From assembly GCA_963727505.1 (NCBI GenBank), contig CAVSGP010000009.1:416001-480000 (forward strand): 64,000 bases of DNA, read 5' to 3'. The notes beneath the pieces were generated by a model. That model had not been told where the DNA came from and made no database searches. It saw only the letters and a list, made by a program, of their open reading frames with translations. The stretch is from an uncultured Trueperaceae bacterium. Lineage in GTDB: Bacteria > Deinococcota > Deinococci > Deinococcales > Trueperaceae. A program made the position numbers and the translations under genes. This document shows, piece after piece, positions 1 through 10,809 of this stretch (position 1 is its first letter; each line of letters starts with the position of its first letter).

Positions 1-84
1 GGCGAGCCCGGCCAGCGAAGCGCCCCACACGGCAGAGCCGCGTGGGCTCAGGCCCGCGCTGCGCAGGCTCCGACGTCCTGTCAT
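1..84 (-). CDS. 5' end of a hypothetical (probably membrane/exported) protein, runs off the window
   Basis: ATG at 84 preceded by AAGGAG SD; reads MTGRRSLRSAGLSPRGSAVWGASLAGLA to the edge without a stop. Confidence 0.5.
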   Translation of the reverse strand, partial: MTGRRSLRSAGLSPRGSAVWGASLAGLA

Positions 85-166
85 GAGGGTCTCCTTCCGT
101 GCCGACGGGCGTCGCGCCGGCCGACACGCCGGCGATCCTACCGCGGGCGCGTTCGCCGGGAGGGGC

Positions 167-1978
167 TCAGCGCCCGCCCGAGCTGCCGCCGCCCCCGCCG
201 CCGCCCCCGCCGCCGGAGGACGAGCCGCCCGACGACGCCGACGCCGAGGCCGACGCCAGCGCGCTGGAAAGCGACTGGATCTGCGCTGACATGGACGCGA
301 GATCGGTGATGCCGGTCCCGGCATGCGCGCCGAGCCAAGCGCCCCGGCTCAGCATGGCGCCCTGGTCGGCGCCGGCTAAAGGCGCCGCGCGGGCGAGGGT
401 CTTCAGGTAGCGATCGGCCACGCCGAGTGCGGCGGCGTAGCAGTAGTAGACATCCCAAAGGCCGAAGAAGTCGAGCGGCGCGTTCTTCATGCGGGTGTAG
501 TCGGTGAGCGTGCGCCGGAAGCCGTTCCAGCCGTAGATCTCCGGGGCGATCTCCTCGCGCCACGCCGGCAGGCTGGCGCCCGCCGTGATCGCAAGACCCA
601 CGGCCAGCGCAGCACCGCCGATGAACAAGCCGCGGGCAGTGCCGTGGGCGAGGTACGCGCCGCCGCCCAGGACCGCCGCCATCACGATGGCGAGGCCGCT
701 CCAGCGGCGCGTGGCGCTACGACTCACCGCGCTGACGAGCGGTCCGCCGCGCCGCTCCTCCAGCCAGTCGCGGACCTTCCTCCCCCAGGCGCGCACGAAG
801 GTCTGACCGTGACGCCTGGAGTAGGCCTTGAGCTCGTTGAACTCGAGGTAGTCCGGATCGCCCCGGCGGTGGGTGCGCGCGGCGCTCTGCAGGTAGCCCA
901 GCACGTCGCGTTCGAAGGGCTCGAGCCCCTCGGTCGACTTGCCGGGGTCGAGACGCATCTCGAAGCGCTTGCCCTTGGGCGTGAACGAGCCGTAGCCGCG
1001 GCGCGCCAGGTCCATGATGGTCGCGAAGAATGCCGGTCCCATCGAGGAGGCGCTGAAGTTCTGCATGCGCATGGCGCTCACCGCTGCGGGCGGCAGATCG
1101 CTGGGGGGCTCGAAGGGGTATTTCATCGACGCCGCACGGGGCTCACGGCCGTAGCGACGGTAGTCGCGCCACACGCCGCTGCCCAGCCACAGCACCACAC
1201 CGAGCGGCACGAGCCCCCACAGCCAGTGGGAGCGCAAGCGCTCGAAGGTGCGCTGGCGGCTCTGCACGCCGGCGATGCGCGTCTCGTCCTGCAGCAACCG
1301 CTTCATCCCGAGGCCCGTCCCTCGCAGTGTGAACAAGGCGGGGTCCATCAGGTAGCGGACCTCGACGCCGTCGCCACCGGGGATGCGGTCGAAGGCCACG
1401 CTCAGGGTGCTGCGATCGTCGGAGAGCGTGACAGAGGGCGTCTCGGGGTTGGCGTAGCGGTGGACGTAGGCGTCGTAGGGCGCGGCCATCGGCCCCGGCG
1501 CGTGCACCGTCAGATGGTAGCCGAGGATGGTCGGGTGGTCGAGCTGGACGAGGTTCCAGTACCACTGCACGACGTCGCTGTACGCGTCCATGCTGCCGTC
1601 CAGGCGGTACACGAAGCGGACGCGACGCTCGGCGATGCGGCGGCTCATGTGGACGACCACCTCGGTGCCTCCCTGGCAGGGCTGGCTGTAGGCGCGTGCG
1701 TCCGGACCGGCGCCCAGCGCCTGGGTGCCGGGCAACAGCGTGACGGTCTGGTTGGGGCCGTGCCCCACGCAGATGAAGGCCTCGCCGAAGTCCCCGGTGG
1801 TGGTGAGGGTACGGGTATCGTGCACCACGACGGCGCCGTCGGCTTGCAGCGTGACGTCCTGGACGACATCGTTCCACTGATAGCTCTGCCCCAGGGCGGT
1901 GCTTGCCAGCACCGCCACGAGCAGGAACGCCAGGCGGAGCCGGCAGCCGGGTACCGGTGATCGCGTGTCGGGGCTCAC
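167..1978 (-). CDS. DUF2207-family membrane protein
   Basis: Signal peptide, N-terminal beta-rich domain, TM segments, 'ATIMDLARRGY' and 'YAAALGVA' motifs, Gly/Ser tail GGGGGGGGGSSGGR; start uncertain (1978-2002). Confidence 0.8.
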   Translation of the reverse strand: MSPDTRSPVPGCRLRLAFLLVAVLASTALGQSYQWNDVVQDVTLQADGAVVVHDTRTLTTTGDFGEAFICVGHGPNQTVTLLPGTQALGAGPDARAYSQPCQGGTEVVVHMSRRIAERRVRFVYRLDGSMDAYSDVVQWYWNLVQLDHPTILGYHLTVHAPGPMAAPYDAYVHRYANPETPSVTLSDDRSTLSVAFDRIPGGDGVEVRYLMDPALFTLRGTGLGMKRLLQDETRIAGVQSRQRTFERLRSHWLWGLVPLGVVLWLGSGVWRDYRRYGREPRAASMKYPFEPPSDLPPAAVSAMRMQNFSASSMGPAFFATIMDLARRGYGSFTPKGKRFEMRLDPGKSTEGLEPFERDVLGYLQSAARTHRRGDPDYLEFNELKAYSRRHGQTFVRAWGRKVRDWLEERRGGPLVSAVSRSATRRWSGLAIVMAAVLGGGAYLAHGTARGLFIGGAALAVGLAITAGASLPAWREEIAPEIYGWNGFRRTLTDYTRMKNAPLDFFGLWDVYYCYAAALGVADRYLKTLARAAPLAGADQGAMLSRGAWLGAHAGTGITDLASMSAQIQSLSSALASASASASSGGSSSGGGGGGGGGGSSGGR

Positions 1979-1982
1979 GACT

Positions 1983-3164
1983 TCACGGGGCTGGGAACGC
2001 ACGGCTCACCACCGCCCCGGGGGAGCCCATGGCGCCGAGGTCCTGGCCGCCCACCACGATGTCCACGCCTGCGGCGTTGCCGACGTGGAGGTACACCGGG
2101 AGATCGAAGACGTAGTGTTGCCCCGCGTCTACCGTGGCGTAGACGAGCCGGTCGCCCTGGTTGCGGTTGTTGCTGTGATAGACCTCGAGCCAGGTGCGGG
2201 CGGTGATGTTGATGCCGATCTGGTTGGGTCCCACCGAGGTTGGCGTGACCGATGCGTTCGACGGACCGGAAGCCTGCGTCGGCGCCTGCGGCTTGGGGGT
2301 CAGCGTGTAGCTGAGGGTGCGGTCCTGCGCGAGGTTCACGGTCGTCACCAGGGGTTGGTAGCCGGGGAGCGTGATCTCGATCTGGCGGCCCTCCCTGGCG
2401 GTCACCGGTGCGTCCTTGATGGGCGTGGTGCCGGGCAGGCCGAAGCCGTCGATGCTGACGCTGGCGCCAGGCGGCTTCGTGTCGATGGTGACCTGGACGG
2501 TGCGCGATTGCACGGCGTCACCGACCACACCCGCAGGCGTCGAGGAGGCACCGCTGGTCGTACCCGCAGGCGTGGAGGAGGCACCCGCCGTCGAGTTGGT
2601 GCCCGCGGCAACCGCCCCGGACGATCCGCCGCTCTGCTGCGGCGCGCTCGCCACGGTCGGCTCGCCACCGGTCGGGACGGGGGCGCGACTGGGCCGGAAC
2701 AACAGGCTGTTGAAGCCCCACACCGCCAGCCCCACCAGCACCGCCACCAGCAGCAACGTAGGGAGCAGCGTTCCGAACGGCAGGCCCGAGCGCCGGTCCT
2801 GGGTTGGGACCTCGCCGCGGCGCTCCTGCTCGAGATGCCGCTCGAGGGTGGACATGCCCACCGCGCGACGGCGCTCGCGGGCGTAGCTGTCGAGCAACGT
2901 GGCGGCGTCGAGCCCGGCGGCCTGGGCGTACAGGCGCACGTAGTTGCGGCTGTAGACGTCCTCCGGAAGGTCCTGGTAGCGCCCTTCCTCGAGCGCTCGC
3001 AGGTACTCCAGGCGTACGTGCGTCAACTCGGCGATGTCGGAGAGCTCGAGACCCTTACGGGTACGTGCCTCCACCAGCATGTCGCCGAGCCCTTGGGGGC
3101 GGCCCCCCGGCGGGTGCTCACCCTCCGGCGCCGCACTCCCGGAATTCACGTCGTGCTCGCTCAT
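1983..3164 (-). CDS. rodZ: RodZ-like protein (HTH-TM-PEGA-like-DUF4115)
   Basis: LGDMLVEARTRKGLELSDIAELTHVRLEYLRALEEG...YVRLYA HTH, one TM, C-terminal 'TWLEV...VGNAAGVDIVVGG'; ATGA overlap with psuG stop. Confidence 0.8.
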   Translation of the reverse strand: MSEHDVNSGSAAPEGEHPPGGRPQGLGDMLVEARTRKGLELSDIAELTHVRLEYLRALEEGRYQDLPEDVYSRNYVRLYAQAAGLDAATLLDSYARERRRAVGMSTLERHLEQERRGEVPTQDRRSGLPFGTLLPTLLLVAVLVGLAVWGFNSLLFRPSRAPVPTGGEPTVASAPQQSGGSSGAVAAGTNSTAGASSTPAGTTSGASSTPAGVVGDAVQSRTVQVTIDTKPPGASVSIDGFGLPGTTPIKDAPVTAREGRQIEITLPGYQPLVTTVNLAQDRTLSYTLTPKPQAPTQASGPSNASVTPTSVGPNQIGINITARTWLEVYHSNNRNQGDRLVYATVDAGQHYVFDLPVYLHVGNAAGVDIVVGGQDLGAMGSPGAVVSRAFPAP

Positions 3165-4111
3165 GCTGACCCTCCGGAAGGAACGCCGCTCGCCGTCGGT
3201 CGCGGTGCGGGACGGGACGTGGTGAGGGCGGCGAGTTCCACGGCCACGGCGGCGGCGAGGCGTGCGTTCTCCTCGAGCAACCGCAGGTTGGTTTCGACGG
3301 TGGCGCCCTCCGAGAGCTCGGCCAGCCGCGCCAGCAGGTATGGGGTGGTGTCGCGGCCGCGCACGCCGCGCGCCTGCAGGTCCGTGCGCGCCCGTTCCAG
3401 CCACGCCGCGAAGCGTTGGGGGTCCAGGCCGTCCGACACGGGGTTGGACAGGACGATGCCGGCGTCGAGCCGGAGCGCGCGCTGCGCGAGCAGCACCTGC
3501 GCGGCTTCACGCGGCGTCTCCACGCGCGTGGGCAGGGGGAGGTCGATCTCGGAGACGACGAAGCCCGCCAGCCTGGCAGAACGGAACCCCACCACGGGGA
3601 CACCGAGGCTCTCCAAGCGCTCCAGGGTACCGGCCGCGTCGAGGATGCTCTTGGGGCCCGCACACACCGTCAGGACCGGGTAGCGCGCGAGCGCGCCGAG
3701 GTCGGCCGACTCGTCGAACGGGTGATCGTGGACACCGCCGATGCCTCCGGTCGCGAAGACCGGGATGCCGGCGCGGGCGGCCGCGTAGAGGGTGGCGGCG
3801 ACGGTCGTGCCGGCACTGGCCCCGCCGGCAAGCAGGGCAGCCAGGTTCCAGAGCGAAGCCTTGTCGGCGCCGTCGTCGTGCGCCAGCCGCTGCAGCGCCC
3901 CATCGTCGATGCCCACCATCAGCTCTCCGTCGAGAACGGCGACCGTTGCCGGTGTGGCTCCCGCTTCGCGCACCACCTGCTCGAGGCGGCGTGCGAGGGC
4001 GAGGTTCCGGGGGCGTGGCAGCCCATGGGTCACCACGGTCGACTCGAGCGCCACTACCGGGCGGCCCGTGCGCAGGGCCTCTCGGATCGGCGGGGCGATG
4101 CGCAGGCTCAC
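3161..4111 (-). CDS. psuG: Pseudouridine-5'-phosphate glycosidase
   Basis: VVALESTVVTHGLP, GTTVAAT, FATGGIGGVH, DESADL, TPYLLA motifs. Confidence 0.93.
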   Translation of the reverse strand: MSLRIAPPIREALRTGRPVVALESTVVTHGLPRPRNLALARRLEQVVREAGATPATVAVLDGELMVGIDDGALQRLAHDDGADKASLWNLAALLAGGASAGTTVAATLYAAARAGIPVFATGGIGGVHDHPFDESADLGALARYPVLTVCAGPKSILDAAGTLERLESLGVPVVGFRSARLAGFVVSEIDLPLPTRVETPREAAQVLLAQRALRLDAGIVLSNPVSDGLDPQRFAAWLERARTDLQARGVRGRDTTPYLLARLAELSEGATVETNLRLLEENARLAAAVAVELAALTTSRPAPRPTASGVPSGGSA

Positions 4112-4219
4112 GCGGTCATCTTACCTCAGCCCTCCGGCCGCCCCCGGGCGCCGATGGAGCCGATGCGCCGGGGTTCCCCCCGGCATGCACGTGAGCGCGG
4201 GTCATGCTACGCTCGGGCC

Positions 4220-4549
4220 GTGCAGAGCCCGGATCTGCAGACCGTCTTCCCGTTCGTAGAACAGCTAGGGTTCGGCGCGGTGGCCGGCTTCGCGGCGGGT
4301 TTCGCGCTCAAGAAGGTCGGGAAGCTGGTGGCGATCGCCGTCGGCTTGCTGTTCGTGGTCGTGCAGGTGCTCGCTTATTACGGGTTCATCTCCATCAACT
4401 GGACCGCGGTGCAGAGCAGCGTCGACCCCATGTTGACGCCGAACTCGCTGAACGGGGCGTGGCACACCGTGCTCGCCGTGCTCACCTACAACATCGCCTT
4501 CGCGGCGGCCTTCGTGCCTTCGTTCGTGTGGGGGTTGAAGCGCGGCTGA
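4220..4549 (+). CDS. FUN14-family membrane protein
   Basis: QLGFGAVAGFAAGFALKKVGKLVAIAVGLLFVVVQVLAYYGFISINW pattern; GTG start 6 nt after TACGCT. Confidence 0.8.
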   Translation: MQSPDLQTVFPFVEQLGFGAVAGFAAGFALKKVGKLVAIAVGLLFVVVQVLAYYGFISINWTAVQSSVDPMLTPNSLNGAWHTVLAVLTYNIAFAAAFVPSFVWGLKRG

Positions 4550-4693
4550 ACGCCGGCACTCCGGTGTGGTCGCCGTCGCGGCTCACGCGTCGAGGGCCCG
4601 CTGTCCCCGCGGTGGCGGGCTCGGCGGACCGGCGTGTCGTCGGCGACCCTGCGCCCGGGGGCGGTGGGCGGTAGGCTAGAAGGGTGTGAAAAA

Positions 4694-4714
4694 CCTGAGT
4701 GCTTGGCGCTCAAA
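4694..4714. promoter_or_regulatory. HAIR-like (HspR) operator upstream of the groESL promoter
   Basis: CCTGAGT-N7-GCTCAAA versus consensus CTTGAGT-N7-ACTCAAG (11/14 match), directly upstream of the -35. Confidence 0.55.
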
Positions 4715-4718
4715 GTCC

Positions 4719-4747
4719 TTGACAACGCACCCCAGCGCGGATACGAT
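4719..4747 (+). promoter_or_regulatory. Sigma70-type promoter of groESL
   Basis: TTGACA (4719-4724), 17-bp spacer, TACGAT (4742-4747). Confidence 0.85.
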
Positions 4748-4755
4748 GATCGCAG

Positions 4756-4782
4756 TTAGCACTCACGTGTCGTGAGTGCTAA
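4756..4782. promoter_or_regulatory. CIRCE element (HrcA operator)
   Basis: Perfect TTAGCACTC-N9-GAGTGCTAA between the -10 and groES. Confidence 0.97.
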
Positions 4783-4820
4783 TCTCATGGAGACCCAACC
4801 CATCCGACACGGAGGAAACT

Positions 4821-5129
4821 ATGGCAGTGACCGAGGACAAGATGACCCTGAAGCCACTCGGTGACAAGGTCGTCGTCGAGGTGATCGACGAGCCGCAGAC
4901 CACGGCGAGCGGCATCGTCCTTCCCGACACGGCGAAGGAGAAGAGTCAGCGTGGCAAGGTCCTGGCCGTCGGCCCGGGCAAGGTGCTCGACAGCGGTGAG
5001 CGCGAGCCCATGGAAGTGAAGGTCGGCGACACGGTGGTGTTCGCCAAGTACGGCGGCACCGAGGTCAGCCTCGGCGCCAAGGATCTGATGATCCTGAGCC
5101 AGCGCGACATCCACGCCGTCGTCAAGTGA
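4821..5129 (+). CDS. groES: Co-chaperonin GroES
   Basis: [38 protein letters not shown] before ATG 4821. Confidence 0.98.
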   Translation: MAVTEDKMTLKPLGDKVVVEVIDEPQTTASGIVLPDTAKEKSQRGKVLAVGPGKVLDSGEREPMEVKVGDTVVFAKYGGTEVSLGAKDLMILSQRDIHAVVK

Positions 5130-6800
<1,671 letters not shown>

Positions 6801-6834
6801 TCCAGGCGGCCCGATGTCGAGCGCGTACCGCGCT

Positions 6835-6884
6835 CACACTACGAGCGGGGCGGTTCCTTCGGGGGCCGCCCCGCTCGTAGTGTG
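6835..6884 (+). terminator. Long hairpin after groEL
   Basis: CACACTACGAGCGGGGCGGTTCC-TTCG-GGGGCCGCCCCGCTCGTAGTGTG; UUCG tetraloop, no U-tract. Confidence 0.8.
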
Positions 6885-6980
6885 CGTCGCCGTGTCCCTC
6901 GTCGTTCGCGCCGCTGGCCGCGCGGGTCGCGCGGAGCGCCGGACGGTGCGCGCCGGCCGGCACAGGAGTATCGTCACGCC

Positions 6981-8222
6981 ATGAGCGAGCTCCAGGCGTG
7001 GCTGGCGACCCGGGCGGAGACCTTCGTGCCGCCCGACTACGAGGGCGGGTCGTTGGTCAACGTGCCGGCCACGGTGGGGCACCTGCTCGGCGTGCGGCGG
7101 GGCTGGTCGTCGCCGCCGCTGGCCGCCGCGCACGGCCTCGGTGGGATCGAGGCGTCGCGGGTGCTGCTGCTGGTGATCGACGGCCTGGGCCTCGAAGCTC
7201 TGGAACGCCACAGCGCGTTCGCGGCGCGCGTGCGCGCTCTGGCAGAGGAGGCCGGTGGCCGGATGACGACCCTGACGTCGGTGGTCCCGTCAACGACCAG
7301 CGTTGCAACCACCACGTTGCTGGGAAATGGCTCGGCGCCTGCCGAGACGGGGATGCTGGGCTTCAGTCAGCGCCTGCCGCGGCTCGGTCTGGTCGGCAAC
7401 ATGTTGTTCTGGACCGTTCCCGGAGAAGTCGGCGGTCTCGAGCGCCGAGGCCTGCGGCCCGAGGCCTTCGTGCAGAGCCCCTCCTTGTTCCAGACGCTCC
7501 AGGCGGGTGGCGTACCGTCCGCCGCCTTCCTTCCCGCGTCGATCGCGCGCAGCCCACTCTCACGCCTGCAGTTCCGGGGCACGGCGCCCCACGGGGCGCC
7601 CGACCTTGCGGCGGCGTTCGCGGCCGCCGAGCGCTTCCTGCGCTCGATTCGGTCCGGCTTCGCCTACGTCTATACCCCCGACCTGGACACCGTCAGCCAC
7701 CGGGAGGGTCCCGAGACACCGGGTTGGGAGCGTGTCCTGGACTCCATCCTTGCGGTGCTCGAGGCTTGGCGCCGGGGGTTGCGACCGTTCTCGGGACCTC
7801 CACCCTGGCTGCTGATCACCGCCGACCATGGCCTGGTGGCGACCCCTCCGGAAGAGCGCCGGCGCGTCGCCGAGCTCGACGGGGTAGGGCCCTTGCTGGC
7901 CCTGCGTCCCGGGGGTGAGCCGCGGCACCTCTACCTGTACGCGCGGGCCGGGGCCAGGGCGGAGCTGCTGGCGGCAGCATCGGAAGCGCTGTCGCCCGCC
8001 TTCCTGGTCGTGGATGGCCGGGAAGCGCTGGAGGCGGGCCTCTACGGCGACCCCGCCCGCTCGCATGTGGAGGCGGGCGACAGGGTCGGCGACGCAGTGG
8101 TGCTGGCGCGGGGCCGGGCATCGCTCTGGGCCGACGACGTGGACACCGTGCTGCTGGGGATGCACGGCTCGCTCGAGGCCGACGAGATGCGCATTCCGCT
8201 GCTCGCGCTGCCGTTGGGTTGA
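6981..8222 (+). CDS. Alkaline phosphatase superfamily / nucleotide pyrophosphatase-like protein
   Basis: LLVIDGLG, TSVVPSTTSVA, DLDTVSH, ITADHG, GMHGSL metal-binding motifs. Confidence 0.85.
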   Translation: MSELQAWLATRAETFVPPDYEGGSLVNVPATVGHLLGVRRGWSSPPLAAAHGLGGIEASRVLLLVIDGLGLEALERHSAFAARVRALAEEAGGRMTTLTSVVPSTTSVATTTLLGNGSAPAETGMLGFSQRLPRLGLVGNMLFWTVPGEVGGLERRGLRPEAFVQSPSLFQTLQAGGVPSAAFLPASIARSPLSRLQFRGTAPHGAPDLAAAFAAAERFLRSIRSGFAYVYTPDLDTVSHREGPETPGWERVLDSILAVLEAWRRGLRPFSGPPPWLLITADHGLVATPPEERRRVAELDGVGPLLALRPGGEPRHLYLYARAGARAELLAAASEALSPAFLVVDGREALEAGLYGDPARSHVEAGDRVGDAVVLARGRASLWADDVDTVLLGMHGSLEADEMRIPLLALPLG

Positions 8223-8241
8223 CGGGCGCCGGCCGCCCCGA

Positions 8242-9795
8242 TCAGGGCTGCAACAGGCTCCGGCCGGTCATCTCGGCGGGTTGCTCCAGGCCGAGGAGCT
8301 CGAGCAGGGTAGGGGCGACGTCGCCGAGCACGCCTCCGCTGCGTAGCGTTCCACGGCGCAACTCGGGATCGTCCGTCACCAGCACACAAGGTACCGGGTT
8401 GGTGGTATGGGACGTGTGGGGGCTGCCGTCGGCCTCCACCATCATCTCGGCGTTGCCGTGGTCGGCGATGATGATGGCCGCCCCGCCCTTGGCCAGCAGG
8501 GCCTCGAGCAGCCGCCCGAGGCCGGTGTCGGCGGCCTCGCACGCGGCGATGGCCGCGCGCAGCACGCCGGTATGCCCCACCATGTCTGGGTTGGCGTAGT
8601 TGAGCAGCAGGAAGTCGTCGTCGTCTTCCTTCAGGCGCCGGACGCTGGCGTCGGTGAGTTCCGGCGCGCTCATCTGCGGTTGGAGATCGTAGGTGGCCAC
8701 CTTGGGCGAGGGCACCAGCAGGCGCTCCTCGCCGGGATAGGGCTCTTCCCGCCTGGCGTTGAAGAAGTACGTCACGTGCGCGTACTTCTCGGTCTCCGCG
8801 GTGTGGTACTGCCGAAGGCCGGCCTCGCTCACCACCTCGCCGAGGACGTGCTGGAGCGCCGGAAGCTCGAAGGCGTAGGGGGCGTCGATCTCACGGTCGT
8901 ACTGCATGAGCGAGGCATAACGAACGCTCGGGTGCCGGCAGCGTTCGAAGGCGTCCCAGCCGGACCCGCCCAGCAGGGCGTAGGTGAGCTGGCGCGACCG
9001 ATCGGCGCGGAAGTTGAAGAACACGACGGCGTCGCCGTCGTCGATCTGGCCCACCGGGGCGCCGTCGTCCCCCGTGATCACCGTGGGTCGGATGAACTCG
9101 TCGGTCTCGCCACGCTGGTAGGCCGCCTCCACCGCCTCGGAGGCGCTCGAGGCGGTGCTCTCGGATTGCCCGCACACCACCGCCTCGTAGGCCAGGCGGG
9201 TGCGTTCCCAACGCTTGTCGCGGTCCATGGCGTAGTAGCGGCCCGACACGCTGGCCACGGCCGCGCCGGCGTCGAGCTCGGCGATCCGTTCCTCGAGCTC
9301 GGCCACGAAGCGGCGAGCGCTGTCCGGCGGGGTGTCGCGGCCGTCGGTGAAGACGTGAACGTACACCGGCGCCGTTCCGCGGCGCTTGGCGAGCTCGAGA
9401 AGCGCGAACACGTGCCGGAGATCGGAGTGGACGCCACCGTTGCTCAGGAGCCCCATCAGGTGCAGTGCGTGCCCTTCGGCCGCGTCGTAGGCCTGCGTCA
9501 GGACCTGGTTCTCGAAGAAGCTGCCGTCGTCGATCGCGTTCTGGATGAAGCTCAGGCTCTGCATCACGACGCGACCGGCACCCAGGTTCAGGTGGCCGAC
9601 CTCGCTGTTGCCCATCTGACCTTCCGGAAGCCCCACGCCGCGTCCCGACGCGGTCAGCTCGGTGTGCGGGTAGTCGCGCCAGATGCGGTCGAAGGTGGGC
9701 GTGCGGGCCAGTGACACGGCGTTGCCGGGACCGGCGGGGGCGAGGCCGAAGCCGTCCAGGATGAAGAGCGCCACAGGTTTGACAGGGCTTGTCAT
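8242..9795 (-). CDS. gpmI: 2,3-bisphosphoglycerate-independent phosphoglycerate mutase
   Basis: ILDGFG, QMGNSEVGH, GRYYAMDRD, AETEKYAHVT, NPDMVGHTG, ADHGNAE. Confidence 0.98.
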   Translation of the reverse strand: MTSPVKPVALFILDGFGLAPAGPGNAVSLARTPTFDRIWRDYPHTELTASGRGVGLPEGQMGNSEVGHLNLGAGRVVMQSLSFIQNAIDDGSFFENQVLTQAYDAAEGHALHLMGLLSNGGVHSDLRHVFALLELAKRRGTAPVYVHVFTDGRDTPPDSARRFVAELEERIAELDAGAAVASVSGRYYAMDRDKRWERTRLAYEAVVCGQSESTASSASEAVEAAYQRGETDEFIRPTVITGDDGAPVGQIDDGDAVVFFNFRADRSRQLTYALLGGSGWDAFERCRHPSVRYASLMQYDREIDAPYAFELPALQHVLGEVVSEAGLRQYHTAETEKYAHVTYFFNARREEPYPGEERLLVPSPKVATYDLQPQMSAPELTDASVRRLKEDDDDFLLLNYANPDMVGHTGVLRAAIAACEAADTGLGRLLEALLAKGGAAIIIADHGNAEMMVEADGSPHTSHTTNPVPCVLVTDDPELRRGTLRSGGVLGDVAPTLLELLGLEQPAEMTGRSLLQP

Positions 9796-9975
9796 GCGTC
9801 ACCTCGTTCACGCGGGCGCTACGGGCGCCGCCGCGATGGTGTTCTCATCGTCCGCGGGACGGCGGGCGGCGTTTCCACCCGGGCAGTCCCGCGGAAGCGC
9901 TGCCGCGGCTAGTCTACCGCCGCGCCCCCGCTGTTCGGCAGGGGAGCGAGACGGTCGTGGCGGCCGCGCAAGCGT

Positions 9976-10809
9976 TCACAGCGCACCGAGGACGCGCCGT
10001 ACTCGCTCGGGAAGGTAGAGGAGATCGTCGGCCTCCACGTCGTCGAGTGCTTTGCCCGCGGCAAGGGCGGCACGGCAGCGCGCGGCGCGCTCGAGCTGCG
10101 GCTTCAGGGCGGGGTCGGCCAGAACCTGCGGGAGCAGCTCCACGAGCGTTGCGTCGAGCGCGCGCTCGGCCAGGTGCTCGGCGACCGCACGCTCCTGCTC
10201 GCCGAGCTGTGGCGTGAGCGCCCCCGGCCGTACGGCCAGCTCGCGGGCCGCGTCGTTCACGCGCCCGCCCGCGGCGTAGCGGCTGCAGGCGTCGCAGAGG
10301 CCCGGTTCCGGCACCAGCGCCCCGCAGGTGGGGCAGGGCTGCCACCCCTCGCTCCTGCGCCGGGCCCGGTAGCCGAGCATGGCCCGTCCCGCGCGCAGGG
10401 CCGCGCCGGCGACCTCGTCGGGCAGGTCGAGCTCGCCGAGTCGGCGTGCCAGATCGGCCAGTGCCTCCGGGTCGGGACGGTCGGGCCCGGACTCGGGCGG
10501 AGCCTCCTCGGGAGCGCGGGGCCGTCCGACGGTGAAGCGGATGTCGCGCACCTCGCGGGCCTCGAATCGGCCGTGATAGACGTCCAGGAATCGCTGCCGC
10601 TGGAGGCTCAGGTGCATCGCGGTCTCACTGTCGCTGACGTCGACGTACAGGACGCCGTCCCGCAGGACCCTGGCCTCGGTGAAGCGCGCCACTTCTGCGC
10701 CGGCCACCTGGGGCCACAGCAGCACCGCCTCGGCCCGGCGCACGGCGCGCTTCAGGCCCGAGCGGCGGAAGAACTCGCCCAGCAACTCGGAGACGTGACG
10801 CTCAGACAC
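9976..10809 (-). CDS. dciA: DciA/DUF721-family protein with C-terminal Zn-finger-like extension
   Basis: WPQVAGAEVARFT...GVLYVDV...IRF fold; overlaps the recF stop; CPTC..CDAC motif. Confidence 0.7.
   Translation of the reverse strand: MSERHVSELLGEFFRRSGLKRAVRRAEAVLLWPQVAGAEVARFTEARVLRDGVLYVDVSDSETAMHLSLQRQRFLDVYHGRFEAREVRDIRFTVGRPRAPEEAPPESGPDRPDPEALADLARRLGELDLPDEVAGAALRAGRAMLGYRARRRSEGWQPCPTCGALVPEPGLCDACSRYAAGGRVNDAARELAVRPGALTPQLGEQERAVAEHLAERALDATLVELLPQVLADPALKPQLERAARCRAALAAGKALDDVEADDLLYLPERVRRVLGAL

Noticed and set aside
167..260. GCC-rich simple repeats
   Set aside because: They encode the usual Gly/Ser tail of DUF2207 proteins
2530..2585. 33-nt-period duplication encoding GASSTPAG twice in rodZ
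   Set aside because: Ordinary low-complexity linker expansion
6981..8222. Phosphatase as a possible BREX PglZ partner of the MTase
   Set aside because: About 37 kb from the MTase, standalone size, and no other BREX genes present
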